Of a DNA stretch of 64,000 nucleotides, positions 53,833 to 64,000 are shown one piece after another. The position numbers were made by a program, and so were the translations under genes. This DNA comes from Eubacteriales bacterium. GTDB taxonomy: Bacteria > Bacillota > Clostridia > Oscillospirales > CAG-272. The notes under the pieces are model-generated. The model was not told the origin of the DNA. It saw only the letters and a list, made by a program, of their open reading frames with translations, and did not search any database. The stretch is taken from positions 59,057 to 123,056 of the forward strand of contig JAZUBT010000007.1 in assembly GCA_045638685.1 (NCBI GenBank), read 5' to 3'. Positions within the stretch are counted from its first letter, which is position 1. Each line of letters opens with the position of its first letter.

Positions 53833-55299
53833 TTAGAGATTACTTTTCAGATATTCACGAAGGCGCTCAAGCCTCATTCCGCGGCTTCCCTTTATCAGCA
53901 AAGCAGAGCCCTTTGGAAGTCTTTTTTTAACCGCAAGCGCTACCGCTTCTATATCCCCTACGTCGGAAAAAGAAATTACGTTCTCCGCTTTCATTCCTCC
54001 GTTTTTTGCGCCGTCTGCAATAAAGGAAGCCTCCGCGCCAACGGTTATCAAAAGCTCCGTACAGCAGTCTGAAATCTTTTCTCCAAGCTTTTTATGCTCC
54101 TTTTCACTCGCGTCCCCAAGCTCAAGCATGCTTCCCGCCACAACGCCCCTGATATTCGCGTTCTTTTCGTCGGCAAGTATTTTAAAAGCATCAAGAGAGG
54201 CGCAAAAGGATTCGGGAGATGCGTTATAGCAGTCGAAAAAACATATTATACCATCGATAATTTCAAGCTTTTGCCTGTCCCCGCAGGACGAAAATTTTGC
54301 AAGACCGCTACGAACCTCCGCTTCGGTGGAGCCAAAAATATCTCCTACCGCCACAGCAAAAGCCGCGTCGAGCGCGCCGTGTTTTCCCGTTATCGGTACG
54401 AAAAGCCCTTTGTAAATCAAGCTATCTTGTTTTTTTATATCAAAAAAAGTGCCGTTTGCAGAGAAAGAAAGATTATATACGTAATAGTCAGCGCTTTCGT
54501 TTTTTTCGGAAACGGTAAGGATTTTTATTTCGGCAGCAGACCGCTCTGATGCTGACAGCCATTCAGTCCGGCATTTTATACGGTCGGTAAGGAGTGGCTC
54601 GTCTCCGTTAATTACAAGAGTGCCGCCTCTTTTCATTCCGCTTATAATTTTAAGCTTTTCCGCGGCTATATTTTCTCTTGAACTAAAAAATTCTATATGC
54701 GCGCTTCCTATATTTGTTATAACGGAAACGGTAGGAGCAGAAATCTCCGAAAGCTCTTTCATTTCACCAAAGTTGCTTATTCCAAGTTCAAATACGGCAT
54801 TTTTTGACTTATTTCCCGAAATAATGCTAAGAGGAAGCCCGAGGTGATTGTTTTTATTTCCCTCGGTTTTATAGATTTCCATTCCTTCGGAAAGCACGGA
54901 ATATATAAGCTCCTTTACCGTCGTTTTGCCAACGCTTCCCGTTACCGCTATAACGTTTTCAAGATACTTTTGCCGGTAATATTTTGCCGCCGACTTTAGC
55001 GCCCTATATATATCCTCTACTAAAATAAAGGAAATTCCACCCGTTAGTATCCTTTCAACAAGACCGTAAAGACCGCCGTAGGCAACCGGATGTTTTTCAC
55101 TCAAAATAACGGTAGCGCCCTTTTCAATCGCTTCGTCAATAAAACTGTTTCCATCGCTGTTTTTCCCTTTAATTGCAACAAAACAGCTTCCTTTTTTTAC
55201 CCCCTTACTACTGATAACTAAAGCTCCGGTTTCAGTATCTTTTTTTCCGCAAAGAAGCCTTCCGCCCGTTACGTCTAAAAGCTCCGATACAGTCATCAT
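53833..55299 (-). CDS. murF: UDP-MurNAc-tripeptide:D-Ala-D-Ala ligase MurF
   Basis: GSVGKTT P-loop and Mur ligase domains. Follows murE. Confidence 0.9.
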   Translation of the reverse strand: MMTVSELLDVTGGRLLCGKKDTETGALVISSKGVKKGSCFVAIKGKNSDGNSFIDEAIEKGATVILSEKHPVAYGGLYGLVERILTGGISFILVEDIYRALKSAAKYYRQKYLENVIAVTGSVGKTTVKELIYSVLSEGMEIYKTEGNKNNHLGLPLSIISGNKSKNAVFELGISNFGEMKELSEISAPTVSVITNIGSAHIEFFSSRENIAAEKLKIISGMKRGGTLVINGDEPLLTDRIKCRTEWLSASERSAAEIKILTVSEKNESADYYVYNLSFSANGTFFDIKKQDSLIYKGLFVPITGKHGALDAAFAVAVGDIFGSTEAEVRSGLAKFSSCGDRQKLEIIDGIICFFDCYNASPESFCASLDAFKILADEKNANIRGVVAGSMLELGDASEKEHKKLGEKISDCCTELLITVGAEASFIADGAKNGGMKAENVISFSDVGDIEAVALAVKKRLPKGSALLIKGSRGMRLERLREYLKSNL

Positions 55300-55303
55300 A
55301 ACC

Positions 55304-56779
55304 TTAGCTCCTTTTCCTCTTGCTTACTGCCTCGTAAACAATTTCACGCTCCGAAAACGGACGCGCGCCGCTACCATCTATTTCATACTCCTCATGTCCC
55401 TTTCCGCAAAGCAGTATTATATCTCCCTTACCTGCATTTTCGATAGCAAAGTTTATTGCCTCTTTTCTGTCGGGAATTACTTTACAAGGACATTCTTTGT
55501 CAAATCCCGTCATTATATCGCTTATTATTGCTTCGGCTTTTTCGCTGCGACTGTTATCCGAGGTAATAATAACAAAATCGGAAAGCCTTGAAGCGATTGC
55601 GCCCATAAGAGATCGTTTGGATTTATCTCTGTCTCCACCACAGCCAAAAAGCGTAACCGTTCTCTGCCCGTTTTTCTTAAATTTATTAACGGTTAATATA
55701 AGCTTTTGAAGCGCATCGGGAGTATGAGCAAAATCAATAAAAACCGAGTAGTCCGTATCTAACGGCAGCTTTTCCATTCTTCCTTTAACTCCGTGGAGCA
55801 AATATATACCGCTGACTATTTCTTTAAGGGAAAGCCCAAGCTCTTTAAGCACGGCGGCGGTAAGCAGCGCGTTACTTACAGTAAATTCACCCGGAATGTC
55901 CGATTTTATATGCGCCCTTCCGCCTTTAAAATTAAAATCAAAGCTTACGCCGCTTATACCGTTAAGGGTAATATTATCGGCAAAAAAATCCGCATTCCTA
56001 TTTCTTATCGAAGCACTCTTCTTTTCTCCGACTGCGTTCTCATACATTTCCGTTACGTATGTATCGTCTATGCAGAAAATATTTTTTTCGCATTTTTTAG
56101 AGAGCAGCGACTTTGCTTTACAGTACTCTGCCATATTACCGTGGAAATCAAGATGCTCAGGTGTAAGATTAGTTACCGCGCCGAGAAAAAAGTCCATTCC
56201 GTCAAGCTTTCCAAGGCTAAGCGCGTGGCTTGACGCCTCCATAACCGCATATTCCGCGCCCTTGTCTGCGTATCTACCCATAAGAGGATAAAGCTTTTCG
56301 GGATCGGGCGTGGTCATTGTATCAAGCGAGGTTTTTTCTCCGTTAAAATATCCACCAAGCGTACCGATAAGCGCGCAGCTTCTTCCTGCCGCGTTTAGCG
56401 CCGTGTATATCATAGTGCTGACCGTGGTTTTACCATTTGTACCGGTTACAGCTATTATTTTCAGCCTTTTATCCGGCTTACCCGCTGCGTTTCTCCATAT
56501 TCTTCCGTACACGCTTCTAGGATTTTGAACGCGAATCATTAGCGCTTTTTCAGCTTTATAGCGACATTTATCGCTGCACACTATTACCTCCGCGCCTCTT
56601 TTTTCCGCTTCTTTTATGTAGCTATGGCCGTCGCTTTTACAGCCTTTAAGACAGATAAAAAGACTTTTTGGGATAACCTCTCTGCTATCGGTTATTATAT
56701 CGGTTACGTATATATCATCACTAATATATCTTTCAGCGGTAAAATTTGTTTCTTCAAGTAGCTCGGTAAGCTTATACAT
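55304..56779 (-). CDS. murE: UDP-MurNAc-L-Ala-D-Glu:diamino acid ligase MurE
   Basis: GTNGKTT P-loop, Mur ligase middle and C-terminal domains, in dcw context. Confidence 0.92.
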   Translation of the reverse strand: MYKLTELLEETNFTAERYISDDIYVTDIITDSREVIPKSLFICLKGCKSDGHSYIKEAEKRGAEVIVCSDKCRYKAEKALMIRVQNPRSVYGRIWRNAAGKPDKRLKIIAVTGTNGKTTVSTMIYTALNAAGRSCALIGTLGGYFNGEKTSLDTMTTPDPEKLYPLMGRYADKGAEYAVMEASSHALSLGKLDGMDFFLGAVTNLTPEHLDFHGNMAEYCKAKSLLSKKCEKNIFCIDDTYVTEMYENAVGEKKSASIRNRNADFFADNITLNGISGVSFDFNFKGGRAHIKSDIPGEFTVSNALLTAAVLKELGLSLKEIVSGIYLLHGVKGRMEKLPLDTDYSVFIDFAHTPDALQKLILTVNKFKKNGQRTVTLFGCGGDRDKSKRSLMGAIASRLSDFVIITSDNSRSEKAEAIISDIMTGFDKECPCKVIPDRKEAINFAIENAGKGDIILLCGKGHEEYEIDGSGARPFSEREIVYEAVSKRKRS

Positions 56780-56887
56780 TAATCATATTCCTTTCTTTAT
56801 GTTATAATAGAGCTTTTCGCCGTTTTAGCGTAATCTTTTTGATTTTACAATCCTTTAACGTTAAAAAACTGTTTTTCATAAAACGCA

Positions 56888-59134
56888 CTAATCCTCACCG
56901 TCAAGGTAACGCAGCGTTATTTCAACGGCAGAGCCCTTTGTTATATCACACTCCTTTGGAGACTGCGCTACCACCGTTGCGCCGACGCCCCTTTCGTAAT
57001 CGGTTACTCCGACAATGCGGATATTAAATCCGCTGTCAATAAGCTTTTTTACCGCCTCGGTAGCAGTCATTCCGACAACGTCCGGAACCCTTGCCACGCC
57101 GCTTTCCTTTCCATCGGTATATAGAAAAACCCTGCCGCCTTCCTTACTTATTTTTACGTTTTTTGCCGGCATTTGGGCTTTTACCGTTTCTCCGTCTCCT
57201 ATAATTTCCACCTTAAGACCGAGCTTTTCAATTTCCGCTTTTGCCGCCTTTACCGTTTTACCGAGATAGTCTCCTACGCTTACGTTTCTTTTCCTATCCT
57301 CCTCCTCGGTAAAGCTCGGCTCATACCCAAGGTACGGAAGCGCGCCGCTAAGAAATCCGGAAACGTACGGAGCGGCAACGGTGCTACCGTAATAAATATG
57401 ACTTTTGGGCTCGTCAACCACTATTATTACCGCGATTTCGGGTGAATCGGACGGCGCGTAAGCGACACAGGATCCAACGTACAGATTTTGGTCTTTTATA
57501 TCACGCTTCTGAGACGTTCCCGTTTTTGCGGCTATTTTATATCCGGCAACACCGGCGTTTTTGGCGCCGCCGTCTCCCGAAACACCCTTTTCAAGTATAT
57601 CGCTTATAGTCTCGCAAACCTCGCTTGACAGCACCTTTTTCTTTTTATCCGCTGTCCTTGAGTAAACTATGTCTCCGTTTTTATCCCTTATTTCGCTGAC
57701 TATGTACGGAGTTACAACGTTTCCGCCGTTAGCAACCGCCGAAACAGCGGTAAGCTGCTGAATAGCAGTTGTTTTAAAGGTCTGACCGAAGGAGTAAACC
57801 GCAAGCTCAACGGTATTAAAGTCCTCGGGCTTATGAAAGATGCCGAGCGCCTCGCCCGGAAGGTCAATTCCCGTTTTCCCCGTATAACCGAAATTAATAA
57901 AGTACTCCATAAAGCGCTTGTTGCCTATTCTCGCGGCAAGCGTCATCATAGTAGGGTTGCACGACTTTTGCAGAGCCTCGGCAAAGTTCAGGCTACCATG
58001 CCCCTGTCTTTTATGGCATTTTATCGGTGAGCCGTAGCCCTGAACTTTTAGCGCTCCTGCGCAGTGAAATCCCTCGCTTACCTTTGAAATTCCCGTTTCG
58101 AGTGCCACAGAGGTTGTCAGTATTTTAAAGGTTGAACCGGGCTCGTAAAGAGTGGAAACGGATTTATTATTCCACATTCCGTAAAGAAGGTCGTTATACG
58201 CCGCGCGATATTCCGCTGTGCCCGACGTAAGACCAAGCGCGGAGAGCTTTCCCGCTGACTCAAAATCAAGTGTATATGGCGAGTTTAAATCAAAGGTTGG
58301 ATAGGTTGCCATAGCTAAAACTGCACCGGTTTCGGGATCCATAACGACACCCGTAACCCTATTATTCGCCTTTGAATCGTTATAGGTTGCCTTTAGCTCC
58401 GCTTCGAGAAGCGACTGAAGTGTAACGTCTATCGTTGTTACCACAGAGCATCCGTCAACTGCTTCAACGTATGCGTCATAGGAGTTTGGAAGCGTCTCAC
58501 CGGCGGCATTTTTAGAGGTTACGTAATAACCGTCGGTTCCCGTAAGATAGCTATCGTAATACGACTCTATTCCGCTAAGCCCACTATCAGTTCCCATAAA
58601 GCCTACAACGTGCGCGGCAAGAGTGCCGAGCGGATAATATCTTGACGTATCCGCCTCTGTATGAACCACGCCGGTAAGCCCTTTTTCAAGCGCGAAGGCA
58701 ATTACCTTATCCTTTTCCTCTGCACCCACCTTCTTTTTTACCGTTCTGTCTCGGGTTTTGTTGTTTTTCGCTCCCGCAAGCACCGTTTCATAAGATACTC
58801 CGAGTATATCGGAAAGACCTCTGGCAACCGTTTCTGCCGTCCCATCGTCTTTTATATCTCTCGGAGAAATAAACACTCTCCAAGAGGTAACGTTCGTGGC
58901 AATCTCCACCATATTTCTGTCATAAATCTTGCCGCGCTCGGCTTTCAGCGGCGTTTTTGACTGAATATTATCCTCCGCTTTTTGTCTGTACTCATCAAAT
59001 TTTATAATCTGGAGCACGAAAAGCCTGCCGACAAGCACCGCAAAGCAGGTTACAAAAAAGAGAAGGAGCACAGCGCAGCGCCCCTTAAGTCTATGCCTAC
59101 TTATCCTGTACTCTCCGTTCATATCATTCTCCAT
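56888..59134 (-). CDS. Class B penicillin-binding protein (SpoVD/PBP2B type) with two C-terminal PASTA domains
   Basis: N-terminal TM helix, STFK, SCN and KTGT transpeptidase motifs, and two PASTA-like repeats at the C-terminus. Confidence 0.92.
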   Translation of the reverse strand: MENDMNGEYRISRHRLKGRCAVLLLFFVTCFAVLVGRLFVLQIIKFDEYRQKAEDNIQSKTPLKAERGKIYDRNMVEIATNVTSWRVFISPRDIKDDGTAETVARGLSDILGVSYETVLAGAKNNKTRDRTVKKKVGAEEKDKVIAFALEKGLTGVVHTEADTSRYYPLGTLAAHVVGFMGTDSGLSGIESYYDSYLTGTDGYYVTSKNAAGETLPNSYDAYVEAVDGCSVVTTIDVTLQSLLEAELKATYNDSKANNRVTGVVMDPETGAVLAMATYPTFDLNSPYTLDFESAGKLSALGLTSGTAEYRAAYNDLLYGMWNNKSVSTLYEPGSTFKILTTSVALETGISKVSEGFHCAGALKVQGYGSPIKCHKRQGHGSLNFAEALQKSCNPTMMTLAARIGNKRFMEYFINFGYTGKTGIDLPGEALGIFHKPEDFNTVELAVYSFGQTFKTTAIQQLTAVSAVANGGNVVTPYIVSEIRDKNGDIVYSRTADKKKKVLSSEVCETISDILEKGVSGDGGAKNAGVAGYKIAAKTGTSQKRDIKDQNLYVGSCVAYAPSDSPEIAVIIVVDEPKSHIYYGSTVAAPYVSGFLSGALPYLGYEPSFTEEEDRKRNVSVGDYLGKTVKAAKAEIEKLGLKVEIIGDGETVKAQMPAKNVKISKEGGRVFLYTDGKESGVARVPDVVGMTATEAVKKLIDSGFNIRIVGVTDYERGVGATVVAQSPKECDITKGSAVEITLRYLDGED

Positions 59135-59590
59135 TCAGCTATAAAAAACAAGACGTGTTTTCCGTGCTTTCACTCCGCAAAACAACACGGCGTTAAAAAA
59201 TAAACTGTTTAGCCTTCGGGAAATACCCTTTGTGAAATACTCATTGCTTGCAACAGCTATGCATTAGAGCTAATCTCACGCTCACACTTTAATGCTTTTT
59301 ACGGCGTTTTATTTCTTTAAAATTTTATTCCTTAAAGCTTCGGTTTATTACAGTTAAATAAAAACAATACCCCTAAACCGCATAATGCGTATGTCTTTTT
59401 AACACTGAATACACCACTGTATAATTTTAGTAATAAAATCACGGTTATATGATTAAATAACTAAGGCTTTTTAATGAATAAATTTAACTAAAAATTTTTT
59501 AGGAAATTTTTAAGCCCTCCTCTATAAGGAAGGCCTGTTTAGCTTACCTGAAAGAGCACACCTGCTCGCCACCGATTATAGCTGTGCAAT

Positions 59591-59630
59591 AAAAAAGCCG
59601 ATATGGATTTATTTCCATATCGGCTTTTTA
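59591..59630. terminator. Bidirectional terminator downstream of nadE
   Basis: AGCCGATATGGA/TCCATATCGGCT stem flanked by A6 and T5. Confidence 0.75.
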
Positions 59631-59662
59631 ACTATCCTTTAGCACCTAAGACGGCTGCTTTT

Positions 59663-61555
59663 TTAAACCGTCCAGAGGTTTGGACTGACGTCGCTCGCCA
59701 TTTTAAGATCGCCTCTCGGAGAGAGACAGACAGAGCCTATCTTCGGTCCGTCGGGCAGACACGAGCGCTTAAACTGCTGCGTCATAAATCTTCTGCAGAA
59801 CATTTTAAGCCATTTTTCTATTGTATCGCTGTCATATATTCCGTTAAAGACGTACTCGGCGAGAAGCTTTATCTTTTCGGGAGTAAATCCAAAGCGGAAG
59901 AAGTAGTAGAGGAAGAAGTCGTGAAGCTCGTAAGGGCCAACTATATCCTCAGTTACCTGCGCAATGCTGCCGTTGTCCTTCGGCGGAATAAGCTCGGGGC
60001 TTACCGGAGTATCAAGTATATCGTAAAGAGCCTCGGCAAGCTTTTTGTCCTCGGTATTATCGGCGTAGTGTCTTACAAGGTGGCGAACAAGCGTTTTCGG
60101 AACACCGCCGTTCACTCCGTACATCGACATATGGTCTCCGTTATAGGTTGCAAAGCCGAGCGCAAGCTCAGAAAGGTCTCCCGTTCCTATAACTATACCG
60201 CCGCTCTTGTTGGCAATATCCATAAGCACCTGAGTACGCTCTCTTGCCTGACTGTTCTCGTAGGTTACGTCATAAACGTCAGGATCCTGACCTATATCTA
60301 TAAAATGCTGAGAAACAGCCTTAGCTATATTTACCTCCATAAAGGTAACCCCCAGCTGCTCGCACATTTTTTCCGCGTTTGACTTAGTGCGTTTTGTAGT
60401 ACCGAAGCACGGCATTGTTACTGCGGTTATATCGGTTCTCGGACGTTTAAGCGCGTCCATTGCCAGAGTCATAACCAGCAGAGCAAGGCAGGAGTCAAGT
60501 CCGCCTGAGATACCGACTACGATATTTTTACATCCAATATGCGAAACTCTCTTTTTAAGGGCGGTCGCCTGCATTTTCAGTATATTTTCGCATCTTTCCG
60601 CTCTTTCTGCCTCGTTTTCGGGGACAAAAGGAGTTTTTGAAAAACTCCTTGTAAGAGTGGTTTTCTCCTGCTTTTGGGAAAAATACACAGCTTTAAAGCT
60701 TTTATCGGTTTTAAAGGTGTTCTGACGGATACGATCGTGGATAAGGCGCTGAACGTCTATCTCGGTAACGGTAAGCGTAGGTTTAAAGGGTACGCTTTCC
60801 GCAAGAAGCTTTCCGTTTTCGCAAATAAGCGAATGACCGGAATAAACGGCGTCGGTGCTTGATTCACCGTCAGAGCTGTTCGCATAGAGGTAAGCACATA
60901 CAAATCTTGCCGACTCTGTCTTAAGGATTTCTCTCCTTCTTTCCGCCTTTCCGACCGTTTCAGCCGACGCGGAGAGGTTTACTATAACAGTGGCTCCGCT
61001 CTGAGTCAGTCTGCCCGACGGCGGGAAAGGAGCTAAAATATCCTCACATATCTCCGCGCCAACGGTAAACTCCTCGTTTTCCTTGCATTTAAACACCATA
61101 TCGGTTCCAAACGGCACAGTCTCACCAAGAACGTTTACGTCGGTTATCTCGCGCTCACCCTCGGAAAAATATCTCGTTTCGTAATGCTCCGCATAGTTCG
61201 GGATATAAGTTTTCGGCACTATACCGATAATATGTCCCCCTGAAACCGCCGCCGCGCAGTTATAAAGCCTGCCGTCATGCGCAAAGGGAAAACCGACGAA
61301 GATAAGCATATCGTCGCCGAGGGTTGCTTTTTTTATCATATCGAGCGCTTTGAGCGATCCGTCAAGAAGAACTCTTTGTCTGAAGAGGTCTCCGCAGCTA
61401 TAAGAGGAAACGGAAAGCTCGGGGAAAGTAAGCAGCTTAACACCGAGCTCCTTTGCTTTTTTGTATTCCTTAATTATTTCCGCGGCGTTTCCCTTACAGT
61501 CCGCAACGCTGAGCGCAGGGGAAGCTGTCGCTACCTTTATAAATCCGCTAAACAC
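59663..61555 (-). CDS. nadE: Glutamine-dependent NAD+ synthetase NadE (CN-hydrolase + synthetase domains)
   Basis: 630 aa. The N-terminal nitrilase-like domain has the catalytic segment EICED. The C-terminal domain has the SGGLDS PP-loop. Confidence 0.92.
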   Translation of the reverse strand: MFSGFIKVATASPALSVADCKGNAAEIIKEYKKAKELGVKLLTFPELSVSSYSCGDLFRQRVLLDGSLKALDMIKKATLGDDMLIFVGFPFAHDGRLYNCAAAVSGGHIIGIVPKTYIPNYAEHYETRYFSEGEREITDVNVLGETVPFGTDMVFKCKENEEFTVGAEICEDILAPFPPSGRLTQSGATVIVNLSASAETVGKAERRREILKTESARFVCAYLYANSSDGESSTDAVYSGHSLICENGKLLAESVPFKPTLTVTEIDVQRLIHDRIRQNTFKTDKSFKAVYFSQKQEKTTLTRSFSKTPFVPENEAERAERCENILKMQATALKKRVSHIGCKNIVVGISGGLDSCLALLVMTLAMDALKRPRTDITAVTMPCFGTTKRTKSNAEKMCEQLGVTFMEVNIAKAVSQHFIDIGQDPDVYDVTYENSQARERTQVLMDIANKSGGIVIGTGDLSELALGFATYNGDHMSMYGVNGGVPKTLVRHLVRHYADNTEDKKLAEALYDILDTPVSPELIPPKDNGSIAQVTEDIVGPYELHDFFLYYFFRFGFTPEKIKLLAEYVFNGIYDSDTIEKWLKMFCRRFMTQQFKRSCLPDGPKIGSVCLSPRGDLKMASDVSPNLWTV

Positions 61556-61668
61556 TTTTTTCGCTTCCTTTCTTTTTTAAAGGATTTCACCGCTCCACAG
61601 CGGTAAATTTTATTTGAAGCTTTAACTACCGTATGTCTTAAATAATTTTTATGTAACCGGCTTTATGA

Positions 61669-62685
61669 TTACTCATCATAGCCGTTTGGATTATTTTTCT
61701 GCCAGTTCCAGCTGTCTCTGCACATATCTACAAGGGTGTTTTCAGCGGTCCAGCCGAGAACCTCTCTCGATTTGGTGGCATCGGAGTAGCACTCCGCTAT
61801 ATCACCGGGGCGGCGCTCGGCAATTCTGTACGGCACCTTAACACCGTTTGCCTCCTCAAACGCCTTAACCATATCAAGAACGCTATATCCTACGCTGGTT
61901 CCGAGGTTAAAGACCTCGGTTCCTTTATGCCCTACTGCATACTCAATAGCCGCTACGTGTCCCTTTGCAAGGTCAACTACGTGAATGTAGTCGCGCACAC
62001 CCGTTCCGTCGTGAGTACCGTAGTCGTTTCCGTAAACGGAAAGCTGCTTAAGTCTGCCAACCGCTACCTGAGTTATGTACGGCATAAGGTTGTTCGGTAT
62101 TCCGCTCGGAGATTCGCCGATAAGACCGCTTTTATGCGCTCCTACGGGGTTAAAATATCTGAGAAGCACTACCGAAAGCTCCGGATTTGCCTTTGCCGCA
62201 TCGGCGAGAATTACCTCATTCATATATTTAGTCCAACCATAAGGGTTGGTGCATCTTCCCGCTACCGCCGTTTCCTTAATCGGAACTGTATCGGGCGCGC
62301 CGTAAACGGTAGCCGAGGAGCTGAAAATAATGTTATTTACGTTATATTTCTTCATAACGTCAAGAAGCGCAAGGGTGGAATCTATGTTGTTTCTGTAATA
62401 TTCCACGGGAATACTGCAGGACTCTCCTACCGCCTTAAGTCCGGCGAAGTGTATAACTGCGTCAAGGCTTTCCTTTGCGAACATTTCGTCGAGCGAGATT
62501 CTGTCGCAGCAGTCTATTTTATAAAACGCAGGACGCACTCCGCTTATCTTTTCTATTCTGTCAAGAACCTTTTCGCTGCTGTTTCTTAAATTGTCGGCTA
62601 TAACCACCTCGTATCCGAGTGATATAAGCTCAACTGCCGTGTGAGAGCCTATGTATCCTGCTCCTCCGGTAAGTAAAATTTTCAT
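61669..62685 (-). CDS. galE: UDP-glucose 4-epimerase GalE
   Basis: GGAGYIGSH Rossmann motif, YGWTK (YxxxK), 338 aa. Confidence 0.93.
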   Translation of the reverse strand: MKILLTGGAGYIGSHTAVELISLGYEVVIADNLRNSSEKVLDRIEKISGVRPAFYKIDCCDRISLDEMFAKESLDAVIHFAGLKAVGESCSIPVEYYRNNIDSTLALLDVMKKYNVNNIIFSSSATVYGAPDTVPIKETAVAGRCTNPYGWTKYMNEVILADAAKANPELSVVLLRYFNPVGAHKSGLIGESPSGIPNNLMPYITQVAVGRLKQLSVYGNDYGTHDGTGVRDYIHVVDLAKGHVAAIEYAVGHKGTEVFNLGTSVGYSVLDMVKAFEEANGVKVPYRIAERRPGDIAECYSDATKSREVLGWTAENTLVDMCRDSWNWQKNNPNGYDE

Positions 62686-62729
62686 TTATTATGCCTCCCT
62701 TAAATATATTTTTATTTATTTTTTCGTTG

Positions 62730-63110
62730 CTACCCGTGGTGCTCCGCGGTAAACATTCCGGTAAGACGGGCGTAAAGAGAGCCGTCCTTTTCCTTAAAGC
62801 CTATAACCTTTGCCGCCTTATCGTAAAACTCTCCGCGCTTTTCAAAAAACGCTTCGCTTACTCCGTGCAAATCAAGAAAATTAAGCACTGCGCGTCCGAG
62901 TATCATAGCAAGAGGGAGATTTTCTTCGTTCTTAATCTTTAAGTCGGAAATATATCCCTTTCCGTCTTTAACGTAAAACACCGATGCTCCAACGGTCTGC
63001 CCGTCCTCGTACGCTCCGTACGCAAATTTCGTTTTATCATACGGAATCCCGCACTGAAGACAGATTTTTTCCTGCTCTGCAGGATCTGTCATTGGTATTA
63101 TTTTTAACAT
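62730..63110 (-). CDS. Small conserved hypothetical protein (possibly acetyltransferase-like fold)
   Basis: 126 aa from MLKIIPMTD (GGAGAGGAAA SD). I recognise no diagnostic motif. Confidence 0.5.
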   Translation of the reverse strand: MLKIIPMTDPAEQEKICLQCGIPYDKTKFAYGAYEDGQTVGASVFYVKDGKGYISDLKIKNEENLPLAMILGRAVLNFLDLHGVSEAFFEKRGEFYDKAAKVIGFKEKDGSLYARLTGMFTAEHHG

Positions 63111-63164
63111 TTTCCTCTCCACTGCGCTGTCCAAATGGGACAGCTGCGCAAATTTTTCCTTGTA

Positions 63165-63899
63165 TTATCTCTTTCTAAGTCCGCAGGACGTTTTAAGATA
63201 GTCAATCTGCTCCTTTGAGAGCTTTCTCCACGTTCCGGGCTTTAAATTTCCGAGACTTATGCTTCCAATAGCGATTCGCTTAAGCTTTAAAACGGTAAGC
63301 CCCACCTTTTCGCACATCTTTCTTATCTGTCTGTTTCTGCCCTCGAAAAGCTCAAGTCGCAGCACCGTCTGCTCCTCGTTCATTGAAACCACTTCGTTTC
63401 TTACGGGGCGAATTGTATATCCGTCTATCTCCATCGGAGATGAAAGTTTTTTTCTTTGCAGCAGCGTTACCTGCCCTTTTAACGTTACGTTATAATATTT
63501 CGGAATTTCGTGGCGCGGGTGCGTAAGTCTGTTGGCAAGCTCTCCGTCGTTGGTTAGAAGAAGCAGTCCCTCGCTTTCAAGGTCAAGCCTACCGACAGGA
63601 TAAACGCGCGCTCCGACGTCCTCGGTAAGCTCCTTTACCGTCGGACGGCCGCGCTCGTCGCTCATAGTGGTAACGTATCCAACCGGTTTATGAAGCATTA
63701 TATACGTATTATGCGTTCTTTCCTTTTTGACTGCTTTGCCTTTGTATTCAACAGTATCGGTAAGCGGGTTTATTTTTTTGCCTATCTCGGCAACCTCGCC
63801 GTTTACCTTTATCTCGCCTCTTTTTATCGCTTCCTCTGCCTGTCTCCTTGACATTATTCCCGCATCGGCAATATATTTATGTATTCTTATTTCTTCCAT
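63165..63899 (-). CDS. Pseudouridine synthase, RsuA/RluB family, with N-terminal S4 domain
   Basis: IRIHKYIADAGIMSRRQAEEAI (S4 domain) and VGRLDLESEGLLLLTNDG (catalytic Asp motif). Confidence 0.9.
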   Translation of the reverse strand: MEEIRIHKYIADAGIMSRRQAEEAIKRGEIKVNGEVAEIGKKINPLTDTVEYKGKAVKKERTHNTYIMLHKPVGYVTTMSDERGRPTVKELTEDVGARVYPVGRLDLESEGLLLLTNDGELANRLTHPRHEIPKYYNVTLKGQVTLLQRKKLSSPMEIDGYTIRPVRNEVVSMNEEQTVLRLELFEGRNRQIRKMCEKVGLTVLKLKRIAIGSISLGNLKPGTWRKLSKEQIDYLKTSCGLRKR

Positions 63900-64000
63900 T
63901 TTTTAACCTTGATTTTATTACGTCTTTTTAGGTCAGTTTTGTCTTTTTGTCCTGAAAAAATCCGTTATTTTACTGAAAAACGAGTTCTTTTCGGCTTTAA

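Noticed and set aside
59513-59580. Possible SRP/4.5S-like or other known small RNA downstream of the nadE terminator (GGTGGCGAGCAGGTGTGCTC...)
   Set aside because: The conserved SRP domain IV motif (GUCCGGAAGGAAGCAGC-type) is absent. I see no clear promoter or terminator. Only a single local hairpin is present.

Overview
By gene content this is a chromosomal segment from a spore-forming Firmicute of class Clostridia (cotJABC, a SpoVD-type class B PBP with PASTA domains, a minimal sufCB pair, and a yajC neighbourhood with a SCIFF-maturase-like gene). I cannot assign genus or species. Most of the window is housekeeping. This includes yloV/degV, rimM-trmD, murI, yidC, metF-metH, potABCD, thrE-type exporter halves, feoAB, proC, yajC, a partial dcw cluster (PBP-murE-murF-mraY-ftsW-murG), nadE, galE and a pseudouridine synthase. 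Two tRNA genes are present, tRNA-Ser(GGA) and tRNA-Leu(CAA), and both carry short direct duplications of their own 3' ends. The most accessory-looking stretch is about 21.5-33.7 kb. It holds a solitary AbrB-type gene behind a riboswitch-like leader, a hairpin-dense non-coding block, and a WYL-family regulator divergent from two translationally coupled MacB-type ATPase-FtsX fusion proteins. It also holds a serine hydrolase, two Cof-type HAD phosphatases and a Cys-rich protein, and it ends at a triplicated tRNA-Leu 3'-end/terminator unit. Other items worth a second look are an ECF S-component::DUF1893 fusion in the metF-metH operon, a TIR-like::Sel1-repeat protein, and a cysteine-less relic of the SCIFF radical-SAM maturase. 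There is also a structured terminator-containing leader ahead of potABCD, an orphan promoter/terminator-bounded ~160-nt transcript, and paired palindromic operators at the feoAB promoter. I found no CRISPR array, integrase, transposase or rRNA. All family assignments come from motif recognition by eye, not from searches.
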